Shown piece by piece: positions 51,076 to 64,000 of a DNA stretch of 64,000 nucleotides (its first letter is position 1; every line of letters begins with the position of its first letter). The notes under the pieces are model-generated. The model was not told where the DNA came from, searched no databases, and worked only from the letters and a program-made list of their open reading frames with translations. Position numbers and translations under genes: made by a program. This stretch comes from Felis catus (taxonomy: Eukaryota). The stretch is from positions 23,500,001 to 23,564,000 of the forward strand of contig NC_058368.1 of assembly GCF_018350175.1 (NCBI RefSeq), given 5' to 3'.

Positions 51076-52969
51076 GTAAGATAAACAACAATCTGTTTTT
51101 CTTCTTCAGGGTGTTACATACCATGTCAGAACTTGAGAAAATAGATTTTAATTAGTTAAACAGCAGAATTAGGTTAAGGATCATTAGCTAATTTTCTTCA
51201 ATCATTTTCTTAAGGCTGTAATTAATGTTAGTTATTTACCCCAAAACAATATTTTCCCTTGTATGCACCAGCAAGTGCTAATCACAGGTTCACCTTGGTG
51301 CATATTGGCCTATGTTTCCAGAATCTTCAACCAAAATTTCTAATTGTTGGAAATAGAGACTTGAGCTAACAAAATGCAGTTGATAGAAGGTAACAAATGG
51401 AATAAAGAAGACTAAGGAACAACAGCCAAAAATTAGAAGGCTGAATTAATAAAATTTATACTCCATGGAGAGAGGAGCCAAATACTCTCCTTTGTGGGCA
51501 GAGGCAAAAAGAGAAGACAGTAGCACCAGGTGGGTTTGGAGGACCCAAGAGTGGTCTTTCCCACAAGTAAGGTATGTGGAAGTGAGATTTGGAGGGATTT
51601 CTCACTGGTGATAAGATATGTCCACATAATGACATGTGATAGTAAAACTAAAAGATAATCAATTCATAACCATTTGCTGGACTTCTCTCTTGTCAGGAAG
51701 GTGAGTTGAAAAGAAGGAAGAGAGGTCTGTTGTAACACAGTGTTTACAAACTGGGGTTCTCAGACCCCAGAGATCTTAGGATGTATTCTGGGGTGTCTAA
51801 GAGTTCTATGAAAGAATTTTCAGATATTATATTTTCACTATGATGACAAAGTGACCACCCTTTCAACTCAACTAATGGATATTTTGGATTATTTGTATGA
51901 CCACAATATTATATGGAAAGATGACAGGATATTTCCTTCATTTCAGTACCTGGGTTTGCTATCAGTTAGAAAAATGGGTAGATTAAACATGAAAATGAAA
52001 TGTTCATGTCAGTCGAGAACCAAATGGTGCCATGGTGTCTGAAGTAAGAATTTGAGTAGATAAATGTGGTGGAAGAATTGAGTTACACACAGCACATGAC
52101 AATGTAACTCAATAACATTTAAAAAATATTAACTGATTATTAAAAAAATTCATTTGAGTATAGTTAAAATATATCACTTTAGATTCAGGTGTACAACATA
52201 GTGATTTGATAAGTTTATATATTATACTATGTTCATTACAAGTGTAGCTACCCCTTGTCACCATATGACATATTACAATATTATTGATTATATTCCTTAT
52301 GCTTATGTGCCTTTTATTCCTGTGACTTATTTATTATATACCTGGAAGTTTTTATCTCCCACTCCCCTTCACCCATTTCTCCCATACCTCCAGATCCTCC
52401 CCGCTGGCAACCATCAGTTTGTTTTCCATGTTTCTAAGTTCAATTCTTCTTTTAAAATTTTTTTAGATTCCACATATGAATGAAATCATAAGGTATTTGC
52501 CTTTCTCTGACTTATTTCATTTAGCATAATACCCTCTAGGTCTATCCATGTTGTTGCAAAGGGCATTATTTCACCTCTTTTGTGGCTGTATAATATTTCA
52601 GTGTGTGTGTGTGTACACACACACATGCCACATGTTCTTTATATGTTCTTCTATGGATGGACACTTAGGTGGCTTCCATGCTACTGCAAACTATGCTGCA
52701 ATAAACATAGGGGTACATATATCTTTTCAAATTAGTGTTTTCATTTTCTTAGGTAGATACCCAGTAGTGGAATTATTGGATTGTGTGGTATTTCTATATT
52801 CAATTTTTGGAGGAATCTCCATACTGGTTTTCATGGTGGCTTGTACCCATGTATATTCCTAACCAACAGTGCATGAGGGTTACTTTGCTTCTATATTTTC
52901 ACCAGCACTTGTATTTTTTTACTTTTTTATTTTAGCTATTCTGACAGATGTAAGTTGGTATCTTAAACT

Positions 52970-53185
52970 TTAATTTTTTTTTAACGTTTATTTATTTTTG
53001 AGACAGAGAGAGACAGAGCATGAACGGGGGAGGGTTAGAGAGAGAGGGAGACACAGAATCGGAAGCAGGCTCCAGGCTCTGAGCCATCAGCCCAGAGCGC
53101 GACGCGGGGCTCGAACTCACAGACCGTGAGATCGTGACCTGAGCTGAAGTCGGACGCTTAACCGACTAAGTCACCCAGGCGCCCC
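52970..53185 (-). mobile_element. Felid Can-SINE nested in L1
   Basis: TSD agttg(g/a)tatctta. Confidence 0.96.
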
Positions 53186-56101
53186 AGTTGATATCTTATT
53201 GTGATTTTGATTTGCATTTCCCTCATGAGTGATATTGAGCATCTTTTCAGGTGTCTGCTGGCCATCTATATGTCTTTGGGAAAATGTCTATTTTGGTCAT
53301 CTCCCTATTTTTAATTGGATATTATTTGGGGGGGGGGGTTGAGTTGGATAAGTTCTTTATATATTTTGGATATTACTCCTTAGTTATATAATTTGCAAAT
53401 ATCTTCTACCATTCAGTAGGTTGTCTTTTCATTTTGTTGATGGTTTCTTTTGCTATTAAAAAGCTTTTGATTTTGGTGTAGTTCCAATAGTTTATTTTTG
53501 CTTTTATTTCCATTGATAAAGGTTACACACCTAGAAAAATGTCTCTGTGGCTACTGTCAAAGAGATTACTGCCTATGTTTTCTTCTAGGAATTTTGTGGG
53601 TTTAGGTCTCTCATTTAGGTCTTTAATCTACTTTGAGTTTTTGTATATGGTAGAAGAAAGTGGTTCAGTTTCATCCCTTGTATGCAGCTGTTCAATTTTC
53701 CCAGCACAACTTATTGAAGATACTGTCTTTTCCCCATTGTATATTCTTACCTCTGTTGTCATGGATTAACTGACTATATAAATATGGCTTAATTTCTGGG
53801 GTCTCTGTTCTATTGACCTATATGTCTATTTTTGTACCAGTACCATACTGCTTTGAATACTACAACTTTGTAGTATATATTGAAATCTGGGATTGTAGTA
53901 ACTCCAAGATTGTTCTTTCTCAAGGTAGCTGTGGCTATTCAGGGTCTTTTGGGTTCAAAACAAATTTTAAGGTTATTTGTTATAGTGTTGTGATGAATGC
54001 TTTTGTTATTTTGATAGGGATTGCACTGAATCTGTAGATGGCTCTGGGTAGTATGGACATTTGAACAATATTAATTCTTTCAATCCAAGAATATGGAATA
54101 TCTTTCCATTTGTGTCATCTTCAGTTTCTTCATCAATTTCTTATAGAGTACATGTATTTTACCTCTTGGTCAAATTTATTTCTAAGTATTCTTTTTAGTG
54201 TAGTTGTAAATGGTATTGTTTTCTTAATTTCTCTGTCTGCTACTTCATTATTAATGTATAGAAATGCTACCAATTTCTGAATATTAATTTTTTATTCTGA
54301 AACTTTACTGAATTCATTTATTACTTTTGGTATTTTTTTTTTAGGATTTTCTACATATAGTATCATGTTATCTGAAAATAGTGAGCTTTATTTTTTCCTT
54401 ACCAATTTGGATGTCTTGTATTTCTTTTTATTATCTGATTGCTGTGCCTATGACTTCTAGTACTCTGTTGAATAGGAGTGGTGAGACTTGACATCTTTGC
54501 ATTGTTTCTTAGAGAAAATGCTGTGTTTTCCACCTTGGAGTGTGATCTTGGCTGTGGTTTTTTCATATAGGGCCTTTGTTATGTTGAGATACATTCCCTC
54601 TAATCCCACATTTTTGAGAGTTTATCATGAACAGATGTTGAATTTCTTCAAATGCTTTTTCTGTATTTATTAAGATGATAACCTGATTTTTATCCTTTAT
54701 TTTCTTGTTGTGTTGTAGTATCAACTGACTTGTGAATATTGTATCATGTATAGCTTCCTTTTTTGTAGTGTTGTATCTGGTTTTGGTATCAGGGTAATGC
54801 TGGCTTCATAGAATGAATTTGGAAGGTTTCCTTTCTTTTCTGTTTGGAGTAGTTTGAGAAGAATAGGTATTAACTCTTTTCTAAAAGTTGGATAGAATTC
54901 ATCTGTGAAACAACCTGGTCCCAGACTTTTATTTTTTGATGTTTTTTTGATTATCAATTCAATTTTGTTATTAATAATCGGTCTGATCCGATTTCCTATT
55001 TTTTCCCGATTCAGTTTTGAAAGATTGTATGTTTCTAGGAATTTATTTTCTAGGCTGTGCAGTTTGTTGGCATGTAATAATTTTTCATAGTATTGTCATA
55101 ATTCTTTGTATTTCTGTGGTGTCATTTATTCACTTTCCTTTCTGATTTAATTATTTGGGTCATTTTGCTTTTTTTCTTGATGAATCTGCCTAAGGGTTGT
55201 CAATTTTATCTTTTCAAAGAAACAGTCCTTGGTTCACTTGATTTTTTTTTTTCTGTTTTTGTTTGCTTTTTGTTTTTTTTTTTTTTTACTTGTTTTTGTT
55301 TTTGTTTGTTTTTAGTCTGTGTGTCACTTATATCTACTCTGATCTTTATTATTTCCTTCTTTCTACCCACCTGGGACTTTGTTATTTTTCCAGCTCCTTG
55401 AGGTGTAAGGGCAATTGTTTGAGCTTGTTTCTTGTGGTAGGCCTCTATTGCTATATATTTTTCTCTTAGAACTGTTTTTGATGCATCCCAAAGATTTTGG
55501 ACCATTGAGTTTTCATTTTAATTCATCTCTTTGTATTTATTTAAAATTATTCTTTGATTGATTCATTGACCAATTGGTTGCTTGGTCTTGTGTTGTTTAG
55601 TCTCCATGTATTTGTGTTTTTTTCTAGTTATTTCCTTGTGATTGATTTCTAGTTTGATTTCTACTGTTGTGGTCAGAATAGAAGTATAGGATGATATAAA
55701 TCTTCAAAACTTTATTGAAGCTTATTTTGTAGGCTAATGTGATCTATTCTGGAGAATGTTGCATGTGCACTTGAAAAGCATATTTTGTTGATTTTGGATG
55801 GAATGTTGTATATATGTTATATTCTTCTGGTCCAATCCCTTTACTGTATTTTTTATTTGAGTTATTGTATTCTTCAACTCTGGTTCTTCCTATTATTTTT
55901 TATCATTTTATTGAAGGTCTCACTGTGTTGATTCATTCTGAAGGAGCAAAATGATAGAAATAAGGGCACTCTTCTTGGGGACCCACATATGCTACCAATT
56001 AACTAGTCCACAAATACTAGTGTGGACAGCCTGGTGAGCATCTTTTCAATCATTACTTACATTCTTTATCAGGCATATTGCTTATCTGTATTTCAGTTCT
56101 T

Positions 56102-56105
<4 letters not shown>

Positions 56106-56146
<41 letters not shown>
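56106..56146. repeat. (TG)n microsatellite
   Basis: Read directly. Confidence 0.95.
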
Positions 56147-56150
<4 letters not shown>

Positions 56151-57159
56151 CTTTCTTTGGAGCATATTCCTCTGTCTCCCCAGTTTGCTTGACTTTGTGT
56201 TTCTGTGGATTAAGTGGAACAGCTACTTCTCTTAAACTTGAAGGAATGGTCTCATGTATGGTTGTCCCCTATGTAGACTATTTGTGTTGATGACTTTTGC
56301 TGTCTGCTAGAGCTGTGGTTGGTGTGTACGGGGGTCCCTGGATTCTCCACACAGTGAGTGCCTTGGTAGATAGCTAAAGTTAAAGTAGGTGCACGGTGGG
56401 ATGTCCTGAGGGTCTGCATGTAGAAAGCACCTAGAAAGGATAGTTGAAGCTGAAGCAGTAGTTTCTGGGGTGTCCTGGGGCTCTTTGTGCAGAGGGAATC
56501 CTGGCAGAATGGCTAGAACTGAGGTGATGTGTAGGACTCTCCACGCTGAGGGCAATGTGATGGGACAGATGAAGCTGAATTTGGTGCAAGCCAGGTGTTC
56601 CAGGGTACTTAGTGCAGGGATTGTCTTGGCTAGATGATTGGAGATGAGGCTGGTGTGGGCAGGAGTATTCTGGGGCACTCTGTGCAGGAGGTGCCCTGTA
56701 AACGTGGCTGGAACTGAAGCAAGCACAGACTTGGGGTTCCTGGGGTACTTCATGTAGTGGGTACTTAGGCAGGGCAGCTGGGTTTGAAGGAGACATTATT
56801 CAGGAGTTTCTAGAATGTTCTGCACTGGAGGTGCTTTAATAAACCATCTGGAGCCGAAGTGGCGTGGGCCTGGAGTGTTCCCAGGTGTTTTGCACCTATA
56901 TCACATTGGCATGAAGGCTGGAACTGTGGTAAACACTGATCATGGGTGTTCTCATGGGATTGGTGGCTGGGGTAGGCTGGGGGTCTGGAGCTCACTGAGG
57001 AATCAGGCTGGTTAGGATGTTCAGACTGTGCACTGGTTTGTGCTTTCAAGTTGGGGATGGAGTATAGATTGTATCCATCAGCCTCTCCCACCTGAGAGTG
57101 TTCCAGAAGCTCCATCCACTGTTTGGCACAGGTTGGAGGACTGGCCCTTTTATATGCTA

Positions 57160-57186
57160 ATTTTTCTGTTCTATTCAATGCTTATT

Positions 57187-57232
<46 letters not shown>

Positions 57233-57407
57233 AATGAGAATGAATGAGTGGGGGAGGGGCAGAGGGAGAGGGAGACAGAATCCGAAGCAGGCTCCAGGCT
57301 CTGAGCTGTCAGCATAGAGCCTGACACTGGGCTGGAACTCACAGACTGTGACATCATGACCTGAACCAAAGTTGGATGCTTAGCCGACTGAGCTAGCCAG
57401 GCACCCC
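57160..57407 (-). mobile_element. Can-SINE with (GA)n, inserted in the L1 5' UTR
   Basis: Canonical body; short TSD atgcta. Confidence 0.92.
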
Positions 57408-60184
57408 AATGCTAGTTGGGAAAACCACAGCTTTTCTTATGTGCCCCAGGGTGACCAGGGCTGGTGTGGGCCATGGGATCTGGGGCTCACTGATGTGGCA
57501 GGTTGGCTAGTATGCATGGTTTCTGCTCCTCTTCATGTTATTAAGGTGGGGGTGGGGGAGTATGTAAATTGTGTCTGCCAGCCTCTCCCACCTGGAGGGC
57601 ATTCTGGCAGCTCCCCTCTGTTTGGCACAGTTCTAGAGCTGTCTCTTTTATATACTAGTTGCTCTTTTAAATCACAGCTTTTTTTTTTCTGTGCCCCAGC
57701 ATGACCAGGGCTGGTGTGGGCCAGTGAATCTGGAGCTCACTGAGGTGGCGAGCTGGCTCTGGCATCCTGACCCTGCTCTGATCTGTGCTTTCAAGGTGAA
57801 GGAGGAGCATAAATCATGTTGCCCTCCAGTCTCTCTGATCCAGAGAGAATTCACTCAGCTCATTCCCCACTTGGCAGAGTTCTAAGGCTGGCTCTTTTAT
57901 ATGCTAGTTGCTTTTTTAAACTGTGGCTTTTTTTCTGTGCCCAAGGGAACCGGAAATTGTTTCAGGTCCCCTCAGTATTACCCCTTCCCACTGCAGTTTG
58001 CAACATCAGGGCTAGAGGTTCCTTTTGTTACTTTGTCTCGGTCCCTTTTCTCTTTTACTGTTATGACTTTTGTTGTATAGAAGCTGTTTGGTCAGCCCTC
58101 AGGTCTTCAGGAGGAATTGTTCTACACATAGGTGTAATTTGGTGTGTTTCATGAAGGAGGTGAGTTCAGAGTCTTCCTTCATCACCATCTTGGACTACAA
58201 GTCTCCTAACAAATTCTTTGTGTCCATACTGTTCACAACAGAGATATTAGAGGAGTCCTTTCCTACATGGACTTTATGTTGCATCCTGATACATAAATAG
58301 AACATGTAGGAGGTGGAAAACGTTTACATATATTTGGGGCATCCAGAAGTAGAAGGTATCTCTACTTTGCTCCCAGGGTTAGAGCCTCATGAAGGTGGCA
58401 AGATCCATACTCATTTTGACTGTTGAGTATAGCTGGGAAATGGGGTCATTGACAGTACAGTGGGGTCTCCTGAGCTTCAGCCAGGCATAGATATGGAGGA
58501 AAGTGCTGGAAGACTGAAGGAGCAAAAGGATAGAAACAAGGGCATTCTTCCTGGGGACCCACGTGTGCTACCAATTAACTAGTCCGCAAACACTAGTGTG
58601 GACAGAGGATTTGAATATCAGATAGTTACATTCCCTGTCCCACCAACCCCCTGTCTCTTTTCATCTCTGTCACGTGCTTTGGTACCATCTAAGAACCACG
58701 GAACTTAGGTGCAATCAGGGGGAGAAGCAAGGCAAATCCTGAATTAACTCTGAGATTAAGTTTCTACTGTCCTGGCAGATGACAGCTAAAGAGAGAAATT
58801 AACTTGAGTTGTGGAAATGATGCATAAAATGATTTTTACACCTGAATTTATAGACAAAGGTATATTTCTCTGTAGCATTAATTATAGGCATACCAACTCC
58901 AATGAACGTGGACAGTAACAGATCATTCCTTCTTCTTGTTATAAACAGTGATTTATTTTCAGCAAAACAAGATTATCTGTTACATTAAATAGTGTTAAGT
59001 GGAATTTTATCAGTTTTGTAATTTTGTTGTATTTAATTCATTTTGGTTTTATAGTTTTTTAAGAGATTTAAGAATTATACCCAATTTTATGTTTTTATAT
59101 GTTGAGTATAAAATACCACTAATTCACATCAACATTTAATCTACTGGAATATTTTTTATTTGAAAGGAGTCCATAATTTTTAAATCTGAGAAACAGTGTC
59201 ATGAAGACAGAGATGGTAAACTTCAAGGAATCTGAGAACATGAAATTAAGAAGATTTTGACATTGTTTTTCCAGTGTTGACCAGAAACTGACCACTATTA
59301 ACTCTGCAAAACCATTTGAGTTAATTATAGAAGCAATCTTTAGATGGAGACGGCTATCTATTTATTCTTGGTCAGCCTTAGTAAGTTTGCATTGAGCACT
59401 AAACTAGGGTTTAAAGCAAGAAACAGAGGGCTAAGAACAAGATGGTGAAGGTATGGGAAGAGAAGCATTTGTAAGAGGTAGTAATAATAAAACATTGTCA
59501 AAAATGTCAGAGAAGTAGGAAATAGAGGCCTATGAAAGGATAACTTTGCAGGGGTATGGTCAACAGTGTTCAATGAGGTCAGGAGGGTGAGGATAGGAAA
59601 ACATTTATTGGATTTGGCAGTGGTGAGAAACACATTGGTGACTTCAAAATCAGGAGTGTGTTTTTGTGGGACTGCCAAGCCCTCTCCTGTCAGTAGGTAA
59701 ATTGTCTGACAGAAAAAAAACAAAAAAAATAGTTAAAACACCTCTAGCTTATTATCACATCAGCAAGCTCAGATGAGCATTTCCAGTGTGTGTGAATCCT
59801 TGGGTTTACATGCAGGGTAATCTCACACTCTACCCCAACTAAGTGCAGCTTGTGATTTCTTCTTTCCTGCTGATCATGCAGGTGCACATTTCTTCTTCTT
59901 CATAATGAAAATGTATTGACTGTGAACTTTCAAAGGTGGAATTTATTTCTTGATATTCTTGTTAAGTATCTCTCAACAACTTCAAATGCCTGAGATCATT
60001 ACAGTTTCTGGGCTTTGTCATTAGAGCTTATGGAACACATCTATGGGAATAGCTTTGATTATGTGGAATTGGAATAAGCACCAATTTTCTGCTGAATTAG
60101 GATAATAGCAAAAATATTGAAGCTGGAAAAAATCTTTGCAAGCAGGAAAATATAGACAAGGAAATCTGTCTTCTATACTGTGTT

Positions 60185-60365
60185 CTTTTTTTAAAAAAAT
60201 TATTTTAGAGCACAAGCAGGGGAGAGGGACAGAGAGAATCTTAAGCAGGCTCCATGCTCAGTGTGGAGCCTGATGCTGCAGGGCTCAATCCCATGAACCT
60301 GGGATCATTACCTGAGGTGAAATCAAGAGGTAGATGCTCAACCTACTGAGCCATCCAGGCGCCCC
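60185..60365 (-). mobile_element. Older Can-SINE
   Basis: 'gaaatcaagag...ccaggcgcccc'; TSD ctgtgttcttt. Confidence 0.9.
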
Positions 60366-61150
60366 TAAGCTGTGTTCTTTCTAAAAATCAAAACAAAACA
60401 TTGATCCTGTTGTTTCCCTGACCACTGACTCCTTAAAGCTACTAAATGAAGTTAAGCTTTTCTGAATTTTCCTCTACCCTACCTCCTTGGGTGCAGTATT
60501 GAGAAAATGTGAACCCCTTCCCAAACCTTATCTCAGTATAGCTCCTGCCCACTAAACTCGGCTCTTTAGTCCTACTTGCTCATTGGCTCCTGGGGTGGCA
60601 TACCTTATTCCATAGAAGGAGTTCAGTCTCCTGTATATCTTCCCAGCCAAAAAAGGAAAAATATCTCTGGGACATCCTCTTTCATTCCTCAGTATTTTCC
60701 TTTTACAACTTCTATATTTTACTCTTATCTCTCCATATTTTCCTCAGGCTTGCCATCAGATTTGATATCTCCCTTTTTGAAATAGGCCTTGCTATTTCAG
60801 CAGATATGTTTTGAACACATACTCCATTTCTCCTCTGCTGGGAAATGTGACTAACTAAGTGATGGCCTATTCTCCAAGGAAGTTCCCAGACCAGTTGGGT
60901 TTCAAACCTACCAGAGCAGAGACTGCCAGGCTAGAACATATCAGCGTTAGGTAATGTGCCATCGTGATAGTCGCAAAGTCTGGCACTGGGCTTGTCGCCT
61001 AGTAGAAACTTCAATATTTATTGATTAACCAATTCTTAAACTCGATGTGCCTCAGTTGTCTTACCTGTGAGATGGTTTTAATAATATATCAGCCTCATGG
61101 AGTGGTTTGAGAGAGTTACATTAATACATATAAGGTCGTGGATGGACTTC

Positions 61151-63155
61151 TGGGGAGGATGGCAGAGTAGGAAGATCCGTACCATAGATACAACTGGATG
61201 TCACCATATCAGTGTAAATAACCCAGAAAATGACCCAGAGACTGGCTGAACAGACTCGCCACAGATAAATGTAGAGAAGAAGCCACATTGAGGAATTTAG
61301 GAAGGGCAGAGACACAGTTGGGAGCTAACCAGACCTTCAAGACTGTGGGAGGGAGAGGTGCCACAGGCACAGAGAGGGGGAGAGAAACAGACCCTCACAC
61401 CAAGCACTCCAGGCATGGGGAACCCACGTGGGAAGATGAATCCTATAACATTTGGCTTTGAGGACCAGAGGGCCCTAATTTCATGAGAACTTACAATTCA
61501 GTAAGTACTTACAATGAGTACTTCCAGGCATAACATCTGGAATTTTAGAAATCAGTGCTTGGCTCTGGGAGAGCTGGAAAATATTGGGAAACTGAGTTCA
61601 ATCCCTTAAAGAGACAGAACAACAGACAGCCCCTTTGAGATCATAGAAGCAGCAGTTTGGAAAATGCCAGGGGTATACAAGAAGGAGGATTATTTACTAA
61701 TCTCAGAGAGTACTGGAAAAGCAGGGATCTTTACGAGACTTCTCGAGGGACAAATGAGCTGGAGAGTGCCATTCCTTATCCTACCCCAGCCTAGACACAG
61801 ATACCTACAGGAATGACACAGTGTCAACGTTCTCCACGTAGATTGCTAACACTGTGTCCCACCTCCTATATTCTCCTGTGAAGTTGCTCCATCCATCCAG
61901 GCCTCAGCTTGGGGTCTCCTCCCACAGCAGACCTACCCCTGCACTCTTCTGCAGATCTACTCCTCCAGCCCCCGTGGCAGCAGTTTTCTAAAGAGGATCC
62001 GGTTCCTCTCCCAAAAGAGACCTGCATAAACCTTGCTAACATTATGTGCATCAGCCCTGTGTTCTCCTATCTGTCACTTCCAATACACCCTTGTCAGAGC
62101 CTAGCCAAAGCAGAGCCACAAACGGCAGTATGCAAACAACTCTGAAGGGATACCACCACTCCAAATGACTCCTGCTATAGGGAAAGGGGAAGATAACCAC
62201 ACACACCAATCCAACTGCAGCCCCAACACTGGGCTGGGGTAGGTATCTAGTCTGACTGCAGACCCTACCCACCATGAAGCTTCTCAGAAACAACACAGAG
62301 GAAGCATTCTGTAGGTCAGTGCTACTGCATGTCTGGCAAATGCCTGGTCTGACTCAACTCAAGCCCAAGGTGGCCCCACACTAGCCCTCTAATATCACAG
62401 GGACCAAACACTGCCCACAACAGGCAAAGGCACCATTGCAGATGACTGGACTGAAGGCAAAAATGGCTCAGTCATAATAGTAGGGCACATAAAACACAAA
62501 TAGGAGACACCCCTGAAGCAGAAGATTCTGGTGAACATCAGATATTGCAATACAGAATACTACAGGACCTCTTCTTCATAAGGCCACTGCTTTCAAGAGC
62601 AGAAGCTATAGCTGACTTTCCTAATACATAAAAACAGACACAGAGAGTTAGACAAAATGAGACAGAAGATATGTCCCAAATAAAAGAACAGGACAAAAGA
62701 ACAGCAAGTGAGCTAAATGAAACAGATCTAAGTAGTATGCCTGATGGAGAATTTAAAGTAATGGTCATAAAGATAATCCCTGGGTTTCAGAAGAGTGGAG
62801 GACCTCAAGAGACCCTAAATGAAGAGTTAGTAAACATAAATGAGAACCAAGCATAGATCAAAAATTCAATATCTGAAATTAAAAATACACTAGATGGAAT
62901 AAATTGTAGACTAGAGGAAGCAGAAGAATGGGTCAGTCACATGGAGGACAGAGTAATAGAAAACACTAAAGCTGAACAAGATGGAAAAATTGGGGGCTCC
63001 TGGTTGGCTCAGTCACTTGAGTGTCTGACTCTTGATTTTGGCTTAGGTCATGATCCCTGAGTGTGGGATTGAGCCCTGCATCAGGCTCTGTACTGAGTGT
63101 GGAGCCTGCTTGAGATTCTCTATCTTTGCCTCTCTCCCCCATATGTACCCATGCG

Positions 63156-63201
<46 letters not shown>

Positions 63202-64000
63202 GTCTCTCTTTCCCTAAAAAAAAAGGCAAGAGGAAAAAAATAAATGAAACTAGACTTAGGAAATGTAGTAACATCAAGTGTAATCACTTTCATATTAAAG
63301 AGATTCCAGAAGAAAGAAAACAGGGACCAGATAATTTTTTTGAAGAAATAAAAGCTGAAAATTTCTTGACTCTAGGAAATGAAATAGAAATACACATCCA
63401 AGAGGCACTGAGAGTCCCCCAACAAAAGCAAGCCAAGGAGATCCATAGCAAGACACACAGTAATTAAAATGGAAAAAAGTAATGATAAAGAGAATTTTAA
63501 AAGCAGCAAGAAAAAAAGAAAACAGTTGCATACAAGGGAAACCCAGAGGCTATCAACTGATTTTTCAGAAAATAAGCCAGAAGGGAGGATACATTCAAAA
63601 TACTGAAAGGGAAAAATCTGCAGCCAGGAACATTTTATCCAGCAAGGCTATCATTCACACTGGAAGGAAAGAGAAAGGGTTTACAAGACAAAAGTTAAAG
63701 GAATTTATGACCACTAAACATGCCCTACCAAAAATGTTCAAGGGGGCTTTTTGAGTACAAAGGAAATATCATAAGTATGAGTAAGGAAAAATATGAAGCA
63801 GAAAGTAGTAAAATTAAGTATATCTATAAAAATCAGTCAAGCCATTCACAAAATGAAAGTATATAAAGTATGATGCAATATACCTATACGTGGGGCGGGG
63901 GTAGAACAGTAAAAATCAGGTTCAAGCTCAAGTAAGAGACTGCCAGATGCATAAGATGTTACATATGAACCTAAAATAGTCACAAATCAAGAGCCAGTAC
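61151..64000 (+). mobile_element. Carnivore L1 5' UTR, decayed ORF1 and inter-ORF region, continuing past the window end
   Basis: Starts ggggaggatggcagagtaggaagatcc; ORF1p remnants (LSSMPDGEFKVMVIKI; FEEIKAENF; RILKAARKK; KLKEFMTTKHAL); inserted just after a MIR. Confidence 0.92.
62992..63235 (+). mobile_element. Older Can-SINE in L1 ORF1
   Basis: Head gggggctcctggttggctcag...ctcttgatttt; (CT)n; flanking repeat ggaaaaa. Confidence 0.9.

Larger units (their letters stand above)
52150..58195 (-). mobile_element. Decayed L1 with complete 5' UTR but internal deletions
   Basis: ORF2p pieces (KSLGPGCFTDEFYPTF...PNSFYEASITLIPKP; QNLWDASKTVLREK); jump from endonuclease to ORF1 5' region near 55840; 5' end ...caccatcttgg. 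Confidence 0.9.
51738..59198. mobile_element. Probable old hAT-Charlie element split by the 6-kb L1
   Basis: Left end cagtgtttacaaactgggg; right end aaatctgagaaacagtg; no clear TSD. Confidence 0.45.

Noticed and set aside
56300..56960. Regularly spaced repeats superficially like a CRISPR array
   Set aside because: Eukaryotic context; the units are degenerate L1 5' UTR repeats with no constant repeat/unique spacer structure and no cas genes

Overview
This is mammalian genomic DNA from a carnivore, almost certainly a felid: it carries many near-identical SINEC_Fc-type tRNA-derived Can-SINEs and L1_Fc-type 3' ends. The window is AT-rich and intronic or intergenic. Roughly half or more is transposon-derived: about 19 Can-SINEs, two large minus-strand L1s (~11.75-18.8 kb and ~52.15-58.2 kb), a plus-strand L1 running off the right edge, many truncated L1s, L2 and MIR relics, several LTRs (ERV, MaLR, ERVL) and hAT-Charlie DNA transposons. 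I recognise no complete protein-coding gene. The ORF track is explained by decayed L1 ORF1/ORF2, SINEs, microsatellites and chance. The only non-repeat signals are three plus-strand candidate exons (36574-36613, 37672-37724, 50968-51075) that could splice to a frame starting MTSPQIQVKEYPPFDIVINRYLDEK..., and a consensus DR5 nuclear-receptor element beside them. I found no new biological system that I can support. The most interesting observations are small genome-repair and retrotransposition scars: two locally templated insertions, a probable L1 3' transduction, a fold-back inversion in an L1, and a target site hit twice. Repeat family names come from recognising consensus-like motifs by eye, not from a database search. 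Boundaries of old elements are approximate.
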